Below, piece by piece: positions 7,373 to 8,274 of a DNA stretch of 8,274 nt (within the stretch, counting starts at the first letter, position 1; every line of letters starts with the position of its first letter). Where the stretch lies: IMG/VR virus record IMGVR_UViG_3300014523_000046. One strand, written 5' to 3'. Origin of the DNA: a virus (lineage: Duplodnaviria; Heunggongvirae; Uroviricota; Caudoviricetes). The position numbers and the translations under genes were made by a program. The notes beneath the pieces were generated by a model. It made no database searches. It had not been told where the DNA came from and was given only the letters and a program-made list of their open reading frames with translations.

Positions 7373-8206
7373 TTAGGCCAGCACACCAATTGCCAGCGCG
7401 CGATCGATAAATCGAAAAATCAGCTCCAGTTGGGAGCCATACTTCTCTTCAAATGCCACGGTATCCGTATGCAACTCGTCGTGATGCTTTCTGCACAAAG
7501 GCAACACAAAGAGATCATGTGCTTTGGTTCCCATTCCGCCCTGCCCGTGACCAATCAGATGATGCGGATCGTCGGCTGGCATACCGCAGCAAGCACACGG
7601 CTGTGTCTTAACCCAGCGTGTGTATTTCTCCTTAACCCAACGGTGACGTTTAGGCAGCTTCATGAAAGATTCCGGAGACTCTGGATCAACGGTGATGCTT
7701 ACCACCGTCTTTTCCTGTGATGGGTTTTGTTGCTGGTGGGCGTGAGGCAACGGTGCAAGATTTTTTGTGCGCTGTTTCAATATGCTGGTGGCGGTCTGCT
7801 CTCCCGGTACGATGTCGCTTTCGCGGTACACCGAGCAGTTTTTTTCCGCTGGTAATCCCAGCGAGCGACGTAATACCGCTTCCGGTAGCGCGTCCGCCAC
7901 CTGATTGCGGACCGCCCACCAGGATAATTCAGCCAGAGATAATTCACGCTCCTGCGTACCGCTTATTGTGTGACCGATGACGTCAATCATCCATGCTGAC
8001 AGGTTTTGATGAGCAAGTTGCTCGAGTGATTCGGATGTCTGGTCACGCAGCTGGTTGTCGCAGTGCCAGCACAACACCATTGCGCCGGTACCATAACGGT
8101 GAATAACGGTTTCGCTGTGATGATAATCGCCGAGTGGCCACTGGCAGGATTTAATATGGCGCAACAGCCAGTCAGACAATGCACCAGCACTGATCTTACC
8201 CAGCAA
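7373..8206 (-). CDS. Lambdoid nin-region protein with C-terminal Cys/His-rich DUF1364/DUF968-like (HNH-like) motif; start uncertain
   Basis: C-terminal segment ...[45 protein letters not shown] has the CxxC...HH...GTK...C..HH pattern I associate with YbcO/YdfU-type prophage proteins found upstream of Q. The track start codon (8206) is TTG with no SD; the first in-frame ATG is at 8080. Stop TAA 7373-7375, 17 nt before the Q start. Confidence 0.55.
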   Translation of the reverse strand: MLGKISAGALSDWLLRHIKSCQWPLGDYHHSETVIHRYGTGAMVLCWHCDNQLRDQTSESLEQLAHQNLSAWMIDVIGHTISGTQERELSLAELSWWAVRNQVADALPEAVLRRSLGLPAEKNCSVYRESDIVPGEQTATSILKQRTKNLAPLPHAHQQQNPSQEKTVVSITVDPESPESFMKLPKRHRWVKEKYTRWVKTQPCACCGMPADDPHHLIGHGQGGMGTKAHDLFVLPLCRKHHDELHTDTVAFEEKYGSQLELIFRFIDRALAIGVLA

Positions 8207-8274
8207 TAGTGGACACGCGGCTAAGTGAGTAAACTCTCAGTCAGAGGTGACTCACATGACAAAAACAGTATCAA

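Noticed and set aside
7316-7980. ORFs 7316-7720 (+), 7686-7919 (-) and 7717-7980 (+) overlapping the 277-aa gene
   Set aside because: All are alternative-frame or antisense shadows within a GC-rich coding region; their translations are Arg/Gly/Pro/Cys-rich and lack recognisable features.
7987-8190. Minus-strand ORF 7987-8190 (67 aa) in another frame of the 277-aa gene
   Set aside because: Alternative-frame shadow; the Cys/Thr-rich sequence is not protein-like.
8240-8274. Possible plus-strand gene start (GAGGTGA-N5-ATG at 8256) running off the window
   Set aside because: Only 19 nt of putative coding sequence is visible and it would be divergent from a 50-bp gap without promoters. Minus-strand frames also show stops at 8221-8223 and 8252-8254, consistent with an upstream minus-strand gene ending here. 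Not callable.

Overview
This 8.3 kb window reads as the late region of a lambdoid (Qin/DLP12-like) prophage in an enterobacterial genome, with almost all genes on the minus strand. Reading the minus strand from high to low coordinates: a DUF968/DUF1364-like nin-region gene, a short Q-type antiterminator, a tR'-like intrinsic terminator, about 3 kb of AT-rich cargo (a Blc-like lipocalin on the plus strand, a DUF523+DUF1722 fusion protein, an AraC/XylS-family regulator with its own terminator), a lysis cassette (S21-like pinholin with dual start, an extended DUF1327-like protein, a GH24 endolysin with an N-terminal signal/SAR segment, Rz with Rz1 nested in the +1 frame), and a cold-shock accessory cluster (CspI-like protein, a small Cys-rich ORF, a 76-aa hypothetical, a GnsA/GnsB-family protein). 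No tRNA, rRNA, CRISPR array or transposase was recognised. The most plausible candidate for an undescribed system is the cargo cassette between the Q terminator and the holin, especially the DUF523+DUF1722 protein paired with the AraC-like regulator; this is a hypothesis, not a demonstrated function. All family assignments are from reading the translations and recalled family signatures; no database search was run.
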